A stretch of 39,978 bases of DNA, taken from contig CAZSBS010000005.1 of assembly GCA_964605095.1 (NCBI GenBank), forward strand, positions 1 through 39,978. The letters are read 5' to 3'. Of the stretch, positions 8,992 through 18,772 are shown in pieces. Both the position numbers and the translations under genes were made by a program. Each line of letters starts with the position of its first letter. Position 1 is the first letter of the stretch. The notes under the pieces were generated by a model that saw nothing but the letters and a program-made list of their open reading frames with translations, was not told where the DNA came from and did no database searches. This DNA is from an uncultured Planctomycetaceae bacterium (GTDB taxonomy: Bacteria; Planctomycetota; Phycisphaerae; SM23-33).

Positions 8992-9255
8992 TCACTTGCG
9001 CCCAAACAGCCGCCGCAGGAACATCTCCTCGCCGGAACGGTTGCCCTCGATGAGATGGCCGATGAATTGCAGGGCGTAGCCGGCGACGAACATGACCAGC
9101 GCCAGCAGCCAGTGGCCCAGGACCAGCAGCACCGGTGCAGCCAGGAAGCAGGCAGGGATGCCCAGCACGTGCAGCAGGAAACTGGTGGGGTTTCGATGTC
9201 GGCGGCGCCAGTTTCGCGCCCAGTTCACCAGCCAGGTAATTGCGGGGTTGCTCAT
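8992..9255 (-). CDS. DUF962 (Mpo1-like) small membrane protein
   Basis: RRHRNPTSFLLHVLGIP and GYALQFIGHLIEGN match the DUF962 His motifs. Confidence 0.8.
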   Translation of the reverse strand: MSNPAITWLVNWARNWRRRHRNPTSFLLHVLGIPACFLAAPVLLVLGHWLLALVMFVAGYALQFIGHLIEGNRSGEEMFLRRLFGRK

Positions 9256-9332
9256 GTGGGATCCGGTCGGCGGCGAGGCATGCTCGTTCGCATGCCCCGG
9301 CCCGTGTTTTTTGGGGGGAGCTGTCAAAGCTG

Positions 9333-10145
9333 TCACAGGCCTCGCAGGCCGAAGAAGAACTCGTAGAGGGTATTTAGCAGCATGCCGGAGAAAAAGTCGA
9401 TCGCCAGCACGGCCATGGTCGCCGCAACGAAACTTTCCGTGCAGGCCCGGCCTACGCCGGCGGCCCCGGCTGAGCAGCGGAAGCCCTTGTAGCAACTGAT
9501 GAGGCCGATGGCCATGCCGAAGAACACGCTCTTGATCGGGCCGTAAAGTATGTCGAATGGCTCGACGGTCCTGGCCGCGTCGCGCCAGAAGTCAGTCCCG
9601 TTGACGCCGTAGACGTAGACGCTGATGCTGTAGCCGCCGAGGATGCCCATGAAGTCGGCGTACATCACCAGCACGGGGATCAGCAGCACGCAGGCGAGGA
9701 ATCTCGGCACGACGAGCACTCGGATAGGGTCGCTGCCCATGGCGCGGAGGGCGTCGATCTGCTCGGTCACGCGCATGGTGCCAAGCTCGGCGGTAAGTCC
9801 GCCGCCAACCCGGCCGGACAGCATTACCCCGGCCAGCACGGGTCCCAGCTCTCGAAGGACCGACAGGTTGATGATGGTGCCCATCTGGGCGATGAGCCCG
9901 ACGGACTGGAACTGCGCGACCATTTGCACGGCCAGGACCATGCCGACGAACGCGCCGGTCACCACGACTACCGGCACGCTCTGTGTGCCGATGCTGTAGA
10001 GTTGGGGCAGCAGCAGGCGCAGGTTCCGCCAACGGAACGTGCCTTCCGGAATCCAGGTTAAACTCTGCCAGCAGAAGGAGCAGAAGTCGCCGAACCCGCC
10101 AAGGCTCCGCAACGTGAAACGCCCTACTGGTGCGATGAGTGCCAT
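9333..10145 (-). CDS. mlaE: MlaE family ABC transporter permease
   Basis: RELGPVLAGVMLSGRVGGGLTAELGTMRVTEQIDALRAMGSDP, VVPR, GVGRA. ATG 10145 is preferred because a TTGACG-17-TAGACA promoter ends at 10167. Confidence 0.9.
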   Translation of the reverse strand: MALIAPVGRFTLRSLGGFGDFCSFCWQSLTWIPEGTFRWRNLRLLLPQLYSIGTQSVPVVVVTGAFVGMVLAVQMVAQFQSVGLIAQMGTIINLSVLRELGPVLAGVMLSGRVGGGLTAELGTMRVTEQIDALRAMGSDPIRVLVVPRFLACVLLIPVLVMYADFMGILGGYSISVYVYGVNGTDFWRDAARTVEPFDILYGPIKSVFFGMAIGLISCYKGFRCSAGAAGVGRACTESFVAATMAVLAIDFFSGMLLNTLYEFFFGLRGL

Positions 10146-10166
10146 GCATTCAACCTCGTAATGCAC

Positions 10167-10269
10167 TGTCTACCCGCCCGCGGCACGCCCGTCAAGGCAT
10201 GAAAGGCCAGCCAGGCCCGCCAGGCCGGCGGAAACTGCCGCTTGCCCCGCCGGGCCGGCATGGTAAACT
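10167..10269. promoter_or_regulatory. Divergent sigma70-type promoters for mlaE and the sugar isomerase
   Basis: Minus strand: TTGACG (10195-10190), 17 bp, TAGACA (10172-10167). Plus strand: TTGCCC (10242-10247), 16 bp, TAAACT (10264-10269) preceded by TGn. Confidence 0.5.
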
Positions 10270-10350
10270 TGGGCAGGTGGCGCCGCCCTGTCATTGTTTG
10301 GCCGCCCCCGAGCGAGCGACGGCAGTTTGAGACAACCAGGAGAGCCGACA

Positions 10351-11319
10351 GTGAGAGACAACCTTACGCGACGAGAGTTCATTCTGGGTTCCGCGGCTGT
10401 GGGGGCCGGCGCTTTCGCCGCCGGCGGCGCGGCGGCCCCAGCCCTGGCCGGGCCTGCCTTCAAGACCAAACTGCTCAAGGCCCAGATAATGGGCAATATC
10501 GACGAGAAGCGATGCGAGGCATTCCGAGAGGCGGGCTTTGAAGGAATCGAAACCACGGCATGGTCCGTCACGCCCGAGCAGGCGGAGGCCGGGCGAAAGA
10601 TCGCCGAGAAGTCCGGCCTGAAGATCCACAGCGTCATGCGGGCCTGGGTGAACTTCAACAACCCCCAAAACACCGACGGCGATGTCGCCTCGGTGGAAAA
10701 GGCCCTCCATGCCGCGGCCGGGTACGGGGCAAGCACGATCCTGCTTGTCCCCTGTCGCACGGGCGTCAAGTGCCCCGACCCGTGGCAGTACGATTACGAG
10801 TTCGACCCGAAGACCGCCCGGATAACCCGCGTGGTCAAGGGCGACAATGCCCCGTGGGCCGAGTACATCAAGGCCCAGAACGACGCGACCGACCTGAGCC
10901 GCGCCGCGCTGGACAAGCTCATCGCCCCGGCCGGAAAGGCCGGCGTGGTCATCGGCCTGGAGAACGTCTGGAACAACCTCTGGTGCATGCCGGAGCTTTT
11001 CGCGGCCTTCGTGAAATCCTTCGACAGCAAGTGGATTCGCGCATACTTCGACATCGGCAACCACGTCAAGTACGCCGAGCCGCAGAAGTGGATCCGGGCC
11101 TTGGGCAAGCTGATCGTCAAGTGCCACGTCAAGGACTTCAAGCTGAATGCCGACGGACATGGCGGCAAGTTCGTGGGCATCCGCGAAGGCAGCGTGGACT
11201 GGCCGGCCGTGAGGCGCGAACTGGACGACGCAGGCTACAATGGCTGGATGACCATCGAAGGCGGCGCCGTCAACAAGGACCAGAGCGAAAAGCTGGACCT
11301 GATAATCGCGGGAAAATGA
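10351..11319 (+). CDS. Tat-exported sugar phosphate isomerase/epimerase (AP_endonuc_2 TIM barrel)
   Basis: TRREFI Tat motif; GLENVWN, YFDIGN, CHVKDF, WMTIEG; AGGAG upstream of GTG 10351. Confidence 0.88.
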   Translation: MRDNLTRREFILGSAAVGAGAFAAGGAAAPALAGPAFKTKLLKAQIMGNIDEKRCEAFREAGFEGIETTAWSVTPEQAEAGRKIAEKSGLKIHSVMRAWVNFNNPQNTDGDVASVEKALHAAAGYGASTILLVPCRTGVKCPDPWQYDYEFDPKTARITRVVKGDNAPWAEYIKAQNDATDLSRAALDKLIAPAGKAGVVIGLENVWNNLWCMPELFAAFVKSFDSKWIRAYFDIGNHVKYAEPQKWIRALGKLIVKCHVKDFKLNADGHGGKFVGIREGSVDWPAVRRELDDAGYNGWMTIEGGAVNKDQSEKLDLIIAGK

Positions 11320-11321
11320 TC

Positions 11322-11436
11322 CGATTGCGGATTGCGGATTGCGGAATGAAGTCAAACCGCAGCCCAGCATGAACCTTCGCGTCGTCCGGGAACATGAAAA
11401 ACACTGCTTCGGCACCCAGGGATTGCTATCCCTGGG
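11322..11436. repeat. GATTGCG heptamer run and a REP-like hairpin between convergent genes
   Basis: (GATTGCG)x3 just after the stop codon; CCCAGGGAT-TGCT-ATCCCTGGG at 11415-11436. Confidence 0.65.
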
Positions 11437-11560
11437 CTTCGGGGTCTTATCACTCGTTGCCTTCTTTCCAGAGCAGATGGCGCGGAGTCGCAGAGGTGAG
11501 AAGAAAAATCGGCGACACTGATCGCAACGGTTTCTCCTTTTAACCTCTGACCCTCTGCGG

Positions 11561-12880
11561 TCAGCCGTCCAGGACCCATCCCTCGCGGTAGGTCTTCTTG
11601 AGGTACTGATCGGCCTCGGGGCAGTTGGTGGCCTTGAGGTTCTTGGCGTCCCACTGAAGCGGTTTGCCGGTGCGGTAGGCTGCCAGGGCGAGCATGTTCG
11701 CCTCGATCAGTGCGCCGGAATAGTCGAAGTTGCAGCCCGTCGGCGAGCCGGTCTTGCAGGCGTTGATCCATTCCTGGTGATGGCCGGGCGAAGCGGGGAT
11801 GAGGTCTTCCTTCCTCGGCGGCTTGTAATCGGTCATATCGCCGGTGTTGCGGAGGATCCAATAGTCGTAGTCGCACAGCAGCCAGCCCTTGTCACCGCGG
11901 ATGAGCATGCCCTTGAACGCCGCCTCGCGGTCGATGATCTTCATCGGGAAGCCGGGCTTTTTTCCGCCGTCGTACCAGTAGACCTTGATGGCGTCGCGCC
12001 ATTCGTTGGCGGGGTGCTCCCACTCGACCTTCAGCCAGGTCGGCACGGTGTCGGTGCTGGGCTCGGACCCCTCGGCCTTGCAGCTCGTCGGGTCCTTCAG
12101 GCCCAGAGGCCAGCATGCCATGTCCATCATGTGGCTGCCCATGTCGCCGATCTGCCCGCTGCCGAAGTCCCAGAAGATGTTCCACCCCAGGCAGCCGCCG
12201 GGGAAGTAGCCGCCGTTGTAGGGGTGCATGGGCGACGGGCCGATCCACAAGTCCCAGTTGATGTACTCGGGCGCCGGCCCGGCCTCGGGCAAATAGCTGC
12301 CGCCCTTGGGCATCCGGCTGCACCAGACGTGGCAGTCCTTGATCTTGCCGACCGCCCCGCCGCGAACGAGTTCCACTATCCGCCGGTAATTGTCGGAAGC
12401 GTGGATCTGAGTGCCCATCTGCGTGGCGATCTTGCCCTTCTTCTCCAGATACTTGCTCCGAACCGTCCTGGCCTCATGCACGCTGTTGGCAAGAGGCTTC
12501 TCGCAGTACACGTGGAAGCCGCGGTTGAGCGCCCAGACGTTGACGAACGCGTGAGTGTGATCCGTCGATGCGCAGACGACCGCGTCAATGTCCTTCTGCT
12601 CCAGGCACTTACGCCAGTCCTCGTGCGTCTTGGCGTCCGGGAACGCCTTGGCCGCCTTGGCGAGGTTCTTGCTGTTGACGTCGCACAGGGCAACGATGTT
12701 CTCACTGCGAACGCCCTGGAGGTCATCCCAGCCCCGGCCGCCGCAACCGATGACCGCGATGTTCAGCTTGTCGCTGGGGCTCTTGCCCGCCGCCAGAAGG
12801 CCGGACCGCAGCACCATCACCCCGGCGCCCGTCATGGCCGCCTGCTTCAGAAACGTACGCCGCTTGATAACTCGTTTCAT
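11561..12880 (-). CDS. Tat-exported Gfo/Idh/MocA family oxidoreductase
   Basis: KRRTFLK Tat motif; IAVIGCGGRG, STDHTH, VYCEKPL, WDLWIGP, GDMGSH. Confidence 0.92.
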   Translation of the reverse strand: MKRVIKRRTFLKQAAMTGAGVMVLRSGLLAAGKSPSDKLNIAVIGCGGRGWDDLQGVRSENIVALCDVNSKNLAKAAKAFPDAKTHEDWRKCLEQKDIDAVVCASTDHTHAFVNVWALNRGFHVYCEKPLANSVHEARTVRSKYLEKKGKIATQMGTQIHASDNYRRIVELVRGGAVGKIKDCHVWCSRMPKGGSYLPEAGPAPEYINWDLWIGPSPMHPYNGGYFPGGCLGWNIFWDFGSGQIGDMGSHMMDMACWPLGLKDPTSCKAEGSEPSTDTVPTWLKVEWEHPANEWRDAIKVYWYDGGKKPGFPMKIIDREAAFKGMLIRGDKGWLLCDYDYWILRNTGDMTDYKPPRKEDLIPASPGHHQEWINACKTGSPTGCNFDYSGALIEANMLALAAYRTGKPLQWDAKNLKATNCPEADQYLKKTYREGWVLDG

Positions 12881-13050
12881 CGTCAATCTCCTGATATTGT
12901 TCTGTTTGGCAACAGAGCGACATGCCGACACTACCATTACAACCCCAAACCGTGCCCTGAGTTCCGCCACGACTGTAACACTCGCGCCGCCATGAACAAC
13001 CCTGAAGTCCGGCGAAAGCGGTCCCAGGGCGGGGCTGGCCGGGGATGGAT

Positions 13051-13079
13051 AAAAAAAGGGCGATCCGCCGGGAACCGCC
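13051..13079 (-). terminator. Probable intrinsic terminator downstream of the PEP-CTERM gene
   Basis: Minus strand GGCGGTTC-CCGGC-GGATCGCC, then C and a 7-T run; the stem contains G-U pairs. Confidence 0.5.
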
Positions 13080-13271
13080 GAGGGGAGCCGCACAGGACCG
13101 TTGGCGTGTCGTGGAGAGGGAGGCACCTCTCGGAGCAGGTTTTGACTCTGACACACTTTTCAAATACGGCACCTGTACGGCATCCCCTCGGGGGCCCTTA
13201 CGGACTCGCCCTCAGGTCACTTCGATGCTATCGCTTCAGCCGCCTTCAGGCTTTAGACCCTTCGACTGCGC

Positions 13272-16238
13272 TTAGGATCTTCGACGACGGCGGATTACCG
13301 CCAGGGCGCCCAGGGCCAGCAGGCCCAGCGTCGCGGGTTCCGGGGCACTAGAGGGCGCGCTGGCGCTGGGGGTCATGCTGTCCATCAGGATACTAAGGTC
13401 GGCCCAGTTGACGGCCCCGTCAACGTCAGTGTTGAAGTTGCCCTGGGCCTCGGTAGCGCCGGTGAGCGTGCCGAAGTTCTTCTTCAGGGCGATGAAGTCG
13501 GCCGCGTCAACCACGCCGTCGTCGTTGGTGTCGCCCGGAATAATGCCACTGCCCACAACCAGCTTGCCGGAACCGGTGTTGGCAAACCATCCACCGGGCG
13601 TGTCCTTGTCGTAGGTGCCGCTGCCCTGCGTCACGCCGTCCAGATACAACTCGCCGATCGTGTCAGTCCCGGAGAAGTTCAGTTCCATCACGGCACCAAC
13701 TGAGATCCACACGGACGCCGCATCGTCCAGGCCGGCGGCCCCCGTATTCTCAACGAGGAGCGATCCCTTGCTGACGATGGTGTCGCCGGTGTAGCCGGTG
13801 ATCCCAGTGAGAGCCAAGGCGCCCTCGCCTTCCTTGGTCAGGCTGCCGGTGCCGGCGATATCGCAGGTAATCAGATAGGGGGCTGTAGACTCGGGAACGG
13901 AAACATAGGCCGGGCCGTCGAGGTTGACCCGGCCCGGTCCGGAAACCAGCTCGCCGTTTGCCCCAGCCGTCAATCGCCCGTTGTTGATGTTCAGCGAACC
14001 ACTCGCGTTTTTCAGGTACACTCCCGCAACTTTGCCCGTTGTCGCACCGACAATAATCTGGGCCGTGTTGCTGGTGCCGTCGCCGAGATTCACGGCCGAG
14101 TCCGTGCCCAGCACATATATGGACGGGTGATTGATGTAAGTGGTACCATCCGTGTACGTGCCCGCATTCAGTGTGGCGCCGTCGTAGACATCCAGGTGGT
14201 TGCCGGTGCCGCCATCGACTTCGGTGGGAGTACCACCGATAGTTATTGGGTTTGCAGTACTGACATTCATCACCGTCGTTGTGCCGCTGACCGAAACGTA
14301 GTTGTAATCGGCGCCCGCCGCCTCGCCCACCATCAACCCCTGAGAGGCGTTCGTGCCGGTCCCATTGATTTTCAGGATCCCGCCATTATCCGCCTTAAGA
14401 TAGTTGTAGGTGGCGCCACTGACCACGCCAATGCGGGTCTGGGAGTTAGTGCTGCTACCTGCCCAAAAAGTCCCTCCGGTGGTGGCGTAGATGCCGTTAT
14501 AGCTTCCGCCGGGTGCGGTGTCGCCTGGGGATCCATAACCAATCCCCGTCTTTTTCCGATACATTCGACCATTATTCTCAATGGTAACGACGTTATAGTT
14601 GCCCGCACCGCCGATAGTCGTGTAAACGCCTGCTCCATCGTAGAAATCCCATGTGGAGCCGGTCCCGGTGATGAGCACCGAATTGTAGTCGGAGCCCGGG
14701 GCTTGGCCAATCAAATCCCCAGTCCCGCCGCCTGAACAACGGACTGCCACGACGGCGCCGTTGGAGATGGTCATGGTGTTGTGGGTAGAGGTTGAGGTGC
14801 CGGTACCGGTGCCGCCGAGAATGATTTGATTGCCGTTCTCGCCATACATGAGTGTCTGGCTAGCGTCGGTTGGGGTAGTATCCAAGAAACTGGTTCCGGG
14901 GCTTGAGACGACTAAATGGTTGTAGCCGAACGCCCCCGTGCCGACATAGATAGTGCCGCTCTGGACCCTGCCGGCGCCGGTGATGCTAAAGGTGTTATTG
15001 GCCGAGGTCGAGCCAATGTTGACTGGGGACATGCCCCCATTGTCAGGTGCACTGTTATAGCCCTGGTCGTAGACCCTGTTTATGACGCTCAACCAGCCGG
15101 TGACTTCCAGAGTGCTGCCGCCATCGACCGTGATAACGCTGCCTAACTCCTTCCAAGAGGCGCCACTTATAGCATTGTATGCCCCCGCGAGGACCAAATG
15201 CCCGCCGCCCCCCACGGTCAGCGGATTGTTGGAAGTAGTACTCGTAGGCCCGAGGTTGGCGCTAATGGTGCCCGTGACGCCGGGGTCCACTGTGATTGAA
15301 AACGTCGCCGTTTCACTGCCGGCGGCAAGGTAGCCGGTCGTGCCGGTAGGCTTGATTTCGTTGTTTGTAGAGAACGTGTACGAGCCGCTGTTGGTGAGTG
15401 TGACGTCATCGTCGATGGTGATGTCGCCGCCGTCAATCACGATCGCGCCGGTGGTGCCGCTGGCGCTATACTGCAGGGTTCCGCCGGTGACGGTCGTCGC
15501 GCCGCTGACGGCTGTAAGGGCGGAGAGTTGCCCCGTCCCGGTGATGGACTTGGTCATGGATGATGCGTCGAGAGTGCCTCCATTGCCAATCACTCCCGCC
15601 GCCTGGATATCCACCGCGCCGACGGTTTGGCTGGCGCCTCCCATATCGAGCGAGCCGGCCGCCAGCGTCAGATCATTGCCGCTCGTGCCGAGCGCGCCGG
15701 TACCGCTGAGAGCCAGCGTGCCGAGGTTGATCGTCGTCATGCCAGTATAGTCGTTGGATGCGCCGCTGAGCGTCAGGATTCCGGCGCCCGCTTTGGTCAG
15801 GCCGACGGCCCCGGTGATGTTGCTGGCGATGTCATTCGTGGCGCCGTCGGTGGTCACGGTTGCGGTGCCGGTCAGGGTGAGGGTGCCGCCGGTGAGTGAG
15901 TACGAGGTGTCGTCAAACGCCTTATTGAAGGTTACGCTGGGAGTGCTCACAGTACCAGCGATAGTGACCACTCCGGCCGTGCCGGCCGCGCCGGTGCCGA
16001 ATACGGCATCGCTGCCGTCGGTCCATTTAATGTTGTTGGCCCCGCCGTCGATAGTCCAGTTGTTAGCGTCGGCGGCGTCCCATGTGCCGGGGCCGTCGTC
16101 GATCTGGCCATTGCCGGGGTCCACCGTGCCGGGCAAAACGTCCCACGTATAGATGACCGCGTTGGCCATGCCGGCCAGCCCGGCAGTAGCCAGCAAGACA
16201 ACAAACAATACCTTGGTGAACAGACTGGACCACTTCAT
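13272..16238 (-). CDS. Secreted surface protein: autotransporter-associated beta-strand repeats, dockerin-like domain, PEP-CTERM sorting signal
   Basis: Signal peptide; GLTKAGAGILTLSGASNDYTGMTTINLGTL and SLTKEGEGALALTGITGYTGDTIVSKGSL; PGDTNDDGVVDAADF...GAVNWADL; APEPATLGLLALGALAVIRRRRR; AGGAGG RBS. Confidence 0.9.
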   Translation of the reverse strand: MKWSSLFTKVLFVVLLATAGLAGMANAVIYTWDVLPGTVDPGNGQIDDGPGTWDAADANNWTIDGGANNIKWTDGSDAVFGTGAAGTAGVVTIAGTVSTPSVTFNKAFDDTSYSLTGGTLTLTGTATVTTDGATNDIASNITGAVGLTKAGAGILTLSGASNDYTGMTTINLGTLALSGTGALGTSGNDLTLAAGSLDMGGASQTVGAVDIQAAGVIGNGGTLDASSMTKSITGTGQLSALTAVSGATTVTGGTLQYSASGTTGAIVIDGGDITIDDDVTLTNSGSYTFSTNNEIKPTGTTGYLAAGSETATFSITVDPGVTGTISANLGPTSTTSNNPLTVGGGGHLVLAGAYNAISGASWKELGSVITVDGGSTLEVTGWLSVINRVYDQGYNSAPDNGGMSPVNIGSTSANNTFSITGAGRVQSGTIYVGTGAFGYNHLVVSSPGTSFLDTTPTDASQTLMYGENGNQIILGGTGTGTSTSTHNTMTISNGAVVAVRCSGGGTGDLIGQAPGSDYNSVLITGTGSTWDFYDGAGVYTTIGGAGNYNVVTIENNGRMYRKKTGIGYGSPGDTAPGGSYNGIYATTGGTFWAGSSTNSQTRIGVVSGATYNYLKADNGGILKINGTGTNASQGLMVGEAAGADYNYVSVSGTTTVMNVSTANPITIGGTPTEVDGGTGNHLDVYDGATLNAGTYTDGTTYINHPSIYVLGTDSAVNLGDGTSNTAQIIVGATTGKVAGVYLKNASGSLNINNGRLTAGANGELVSGPGRVNLDGPAYVSVPESTAPYLITCDIAGTGSLTKEGEGALALTGITGYTGDTIVSKGSLLVENTGAAGLDDAASVWISVGAVMELNFSGTDTIGELYLDGVTQGSGTYDKDTPGGWFANTGSGKLVVGSGIIPGDTNDDGVVDAADFIALKKNFGTLTGATEAQGNFNTDVDGAVNWADLSILMDSMTPSASAPSSAPEPATLGLLALGALAVIRRRRRS

Positions 16239-16428
16239 ACTATGCCTCCTACTGATGAATAAGGAACAAGAATCCTGGGATCTGCAAACAGCACCCAGCG
16301 CGCCTGGCGCGTCGCGTTAGCATCTCGCGACAAGAAAGGATCGGGACGGGACTTGTAAACGACGCTCCTGGCATCTGATGCGCGATACATACCGCGCTAA
16401 CAAAGACGCTCACAGCCGTTATTATTGC

Positions 16429-16456
16429 ATTATCCTCGAACTCCGCTGAAATGCAA
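16429..16456 (-). promoter_or_regulatory. Putative promoter of the PEP-CTERM gene
   Basis: TTGCAT, 16-bp spacer, GATAAT on the minus strand in an AT-richer intergenic stretch. Confidence 0.45.
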
Positions 16457-16594
16457 GTGAAAAATGGGGAAAGCCCCCTCGGTCTGTCCAGTTACAAGTT
16501 AAGTAGTTTCCCCCTGTTACAGTTCTCAGGCCGTTCGGTTGCGGCAGATTGACGCTAAAACGCCTCCCCAATAGGGCCATCAGAGACGCTCATC

Positions 16595-18478
16595 CTACTT
16601 TCCCGGCCCGGCTGACTGGCGGATGGCCTGCGCCTGCTGCCCAGCCGGCGGCTCGCCTGTCGGCACAGCCTCGGGGCTGGAGTTGCCCTCGAGCTTGATA
16701 TTAGCCTCCGGCGTGGCGTTGTAGCGGATCGGCGGCGAGCCCTTGCCACATACAAGCACGTTGGCCTTGACCAGGTTCACGCCGGCCTTGTGGAAACGCA
16801 GCGGGCTGCGGGCAACGTCGTGGATCAGGTTGTTCTCGATGAGCAGGTCCGTGCTGCCCTCGTCCAGAAACATGCCGTTGCTCTCAGCCCGGCCGGCGTT
16901 TACGGGCACGTCATGAATCCAGTTGCCAGTAAGCTTTGTACCCGGCTGCCAGCCCAGAGTGTATATTCCCCCGCCGTCCGAGAGCACCTGCATCACGTGG
17001 TGAATGTGGTTGTTTGTCACCAGGTTGCCCTTGCACGGCGTGGGCGCGGGGTTCCACATCCAGCCGACGGATATGCCCGTATAGGGCAGATGGCGGACCT
17101 CGTTGTTGGAAATCATGTTGTCGCCGGACAGGCCCACCCATATGCCGACTGCGCCATAGTACAGCGCCCCGCAGCGTTCGATGGTGCAGTCCCGCACGGT
17201 GTTGGCGCCGGAAACCCCGGCCGGGATGGACTTGGGCGACGGCTCGCCGAGCATTACGCCATTGCCGGCCACGTCCGTTACCGTGCAGCCTGCGATGGCA
17301 GAGTCACGGCAGCCGCGCCCCAGCCAGACGCCGCTGCCGCCAAGATGGCGGAAGGTGCAGGCCTCGAACTGCACGGCGCGGGCGTTTTGCACTTCCACGG
17401 CCGGCACCACAGCCTGCCAGGACCCGCCGGCGTTTTCCTTTGCGGAGAAGTGGGAGCACGCCTGTCCGCCGGCATAGCGAACCCCGGCCGGGGACCAGGC
17501 GCAGTGCTCGAACGCCAGCCCCACGAACCGCAGGTTGCGGATGATCTTTTCGGCTGCATCCTCGCCGCGAACGACCAGCAATTGCCTCGCCAGCGGGGCG
17601 ACGGCCTGGAAGCCGTCGATCTTCTCGCCCGCCATCGGCCGGTACAGGACCTTTCCGCTTGCACGGTCCAACCACCATTCGCCGGGGGCGTCCAGAAGCT
17701 CTTGGGCGCCGGTTACGAAGTACCGCGGATTGGGTTCGAAGCCGTTGATCCGCCAGAAGTCGATCGGGCCGCCAATGACGTACTGCGTCGTAAGCGTGCG
17801 GCTGGCGTTGTCGACGGCAGCCACGCTCGTGCGGCTGATGGACCAATCGTGCAGCAGCACGAGCGTCAGTTGTGTCGCATCCTTTACGGGCGGGAGATCG
17901 CCGGCGTTGAACAGAAAGCTCCGCCGCGGATCGACGGGCTTAAGGACGCGGAGATAGCCGTCATTGGGGTGCCTGGCCGGGGTGCGGCGCTGGCCGGCAA
18001 CGAACAGTTCGTCGAAGTCCCTCGCCCCATTGGCGTCGGTGAGCTTTGCCGGGAGTTTCGCCGACCACGTGCCGTCGCCTCGGTCAACCCAGGCTGTAAT
18101 CTCGACGCCGCCGGACAGGACGGGCGACTCGCCCGGATATGCGGCGTAGGTGACGCTGTGTTTGTCGTCGCCGCCGTCGGCCTGGCCGAAAACCAGCGGC
18201 CCGGCCTGGCGGTACGTCCCGCCGCGAATCAGGACCGTCACGTCGCCATCCAGGCCGGCGGCGATTTTCGCGCGCACGGCGTCGCGTGCGCGGGCTATTG
18301 TGGCGAAGGGCCGACTGGCCGAGCCGGGGTTCGCGTCGTCGCCGGCGGGCGAGACATAGAACTCCGCCTTCGGCACGGGCAAGGCGGCATCAGCGGCAGA
18401 AGCGGCTGCACAGGTCCCGACCAGAATCACCGTTGCCAGCAGCGTAAGGAATATTCTTTGGGGCATTCTTGAGAACAT
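16595..18478 (-). CDS. Secreted right-handed parallel beta-helix protein (GH141-like carbohydrate-active)
   Basis: Signal peptide; FYVSPAGDDANPGSASRPFATIARARDAVR, YAAYPGESPVLSGG, LDAPGEWWLD, LPYTGISVGWMW, DGGGIYTLG, FLDEGS. Confidence 0.8.
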   Translation of the reverse strand: MFSRMPQRIFLTLLATVILVGTCAAASAADAALPVPKAEFYVSPAGDDANPGSASRPFATIARARDAVRAKIAAGLDGDVTVLIRGGTYRQAGPLVFGQADGGDDKHSVTYAAYPGESPVLSGGVEITAWVDRGDGTWSAKLPAKLTDANGARDFDELFVAGQRRTPARHPNDGYLRVLKPVDPRRSFLFNAGDLPPVKDATQLTLVLLHDWSISRTSVAAVDNASRTLTTQYVIGGPIDFWRINGFEPNPRYFVTGAQELLDAPGEWWLDRASGKVLYRPMAGEKIDGFQAVAPLARQLLVVRGEDAAEKIIRNLRFVGLAFEHCAWSPAGVRYAGGQACSHFSAKENAGGSWQAVVPAVEVQNARAVQFEACTFRHLGGSGVWLGRGCRDSAIAGCTVTDVAGNGVMLGEPSPKSIPAGVSGANTVRDCTIERCGALYYGAVGIWVGLSGDNMISNNEVRHLPYTGISVGWMWNPAPTPCKGNLVTNNHIHHVMQVLSDGGGIYTLGWQPGTKLTGNWIHDVPVNAGRAESNGMFLDEGSTDLLIENNLIHDVARSPLRFHKAGVNLVKANVLVCGKGSPPIRYNATPEANIKLEGNSSPEAVPTGEPPAGQQAQAIRQSAGPGK

Positions 18479-18595
18479 GAGCGGTTCCTTCTCTAGACTT
18501 ACAGGCCACCGATGGCAGTATACAGGCACGATCCGACGCGAAAGACGTGGTTGCCTCGCCCCCAAGGGCTTGGCAAACCACGGCACCCAAATATT

Positions 18596-18664
18596 CCCGG
18601 ATTCCACTTTTTATTTTCCGGGCTCCTTGTTCCTGGTTCCTGATTCCGCCGTTTGCTTTCCGGG
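18596..18664 (-). repeat. Partial, degenerate copy of the heptamer-flanked element
   Basis: TGTTCCT-GGTTCCT-GATTCC heptamers followed by GCCGTTTGCTTTCCGGG, resembling 8964-8982. Confidence 0.55.
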
Positions 18665-18692
18665 TTGACGCTCCGGCTCTGCTATGTACAAT
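18665..18692 (+). promoter_or_regulatory. xylA promoter
   Basis: TTGACG (18665-18670), 16-bp spacer, TACAAT (18687-18692). Confidence 0.55.
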
Positions 18693-18772
18693 TCCTTTGA
18701 TTGCCGCAGGTTTCGCGGCCGGGCACACGCCCGGGCCCAGGCGGTGGCCACTATAAGACAGGAGATAGACCA

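Noticed and set aside
8848-9366. Duplicated 'MLSCSLKRASLNSRF' / 'MLAEASKPQQQVP' ORFs (also near 20201-20209)
   Set aside because: These are translations of the repeated non-coding core, with no RBS and unrelated downstream sequence.
13080-13272. Possible riboswitch or ncRNA between the PEP-CTERM stop and the terminator
   Set aside because: Small hairpins (GAGAGGGAGGCACCTCTC) and a REP-like CCCTTCGACTGCGCTTAGG are present, but no recognisable aptamer consensus.
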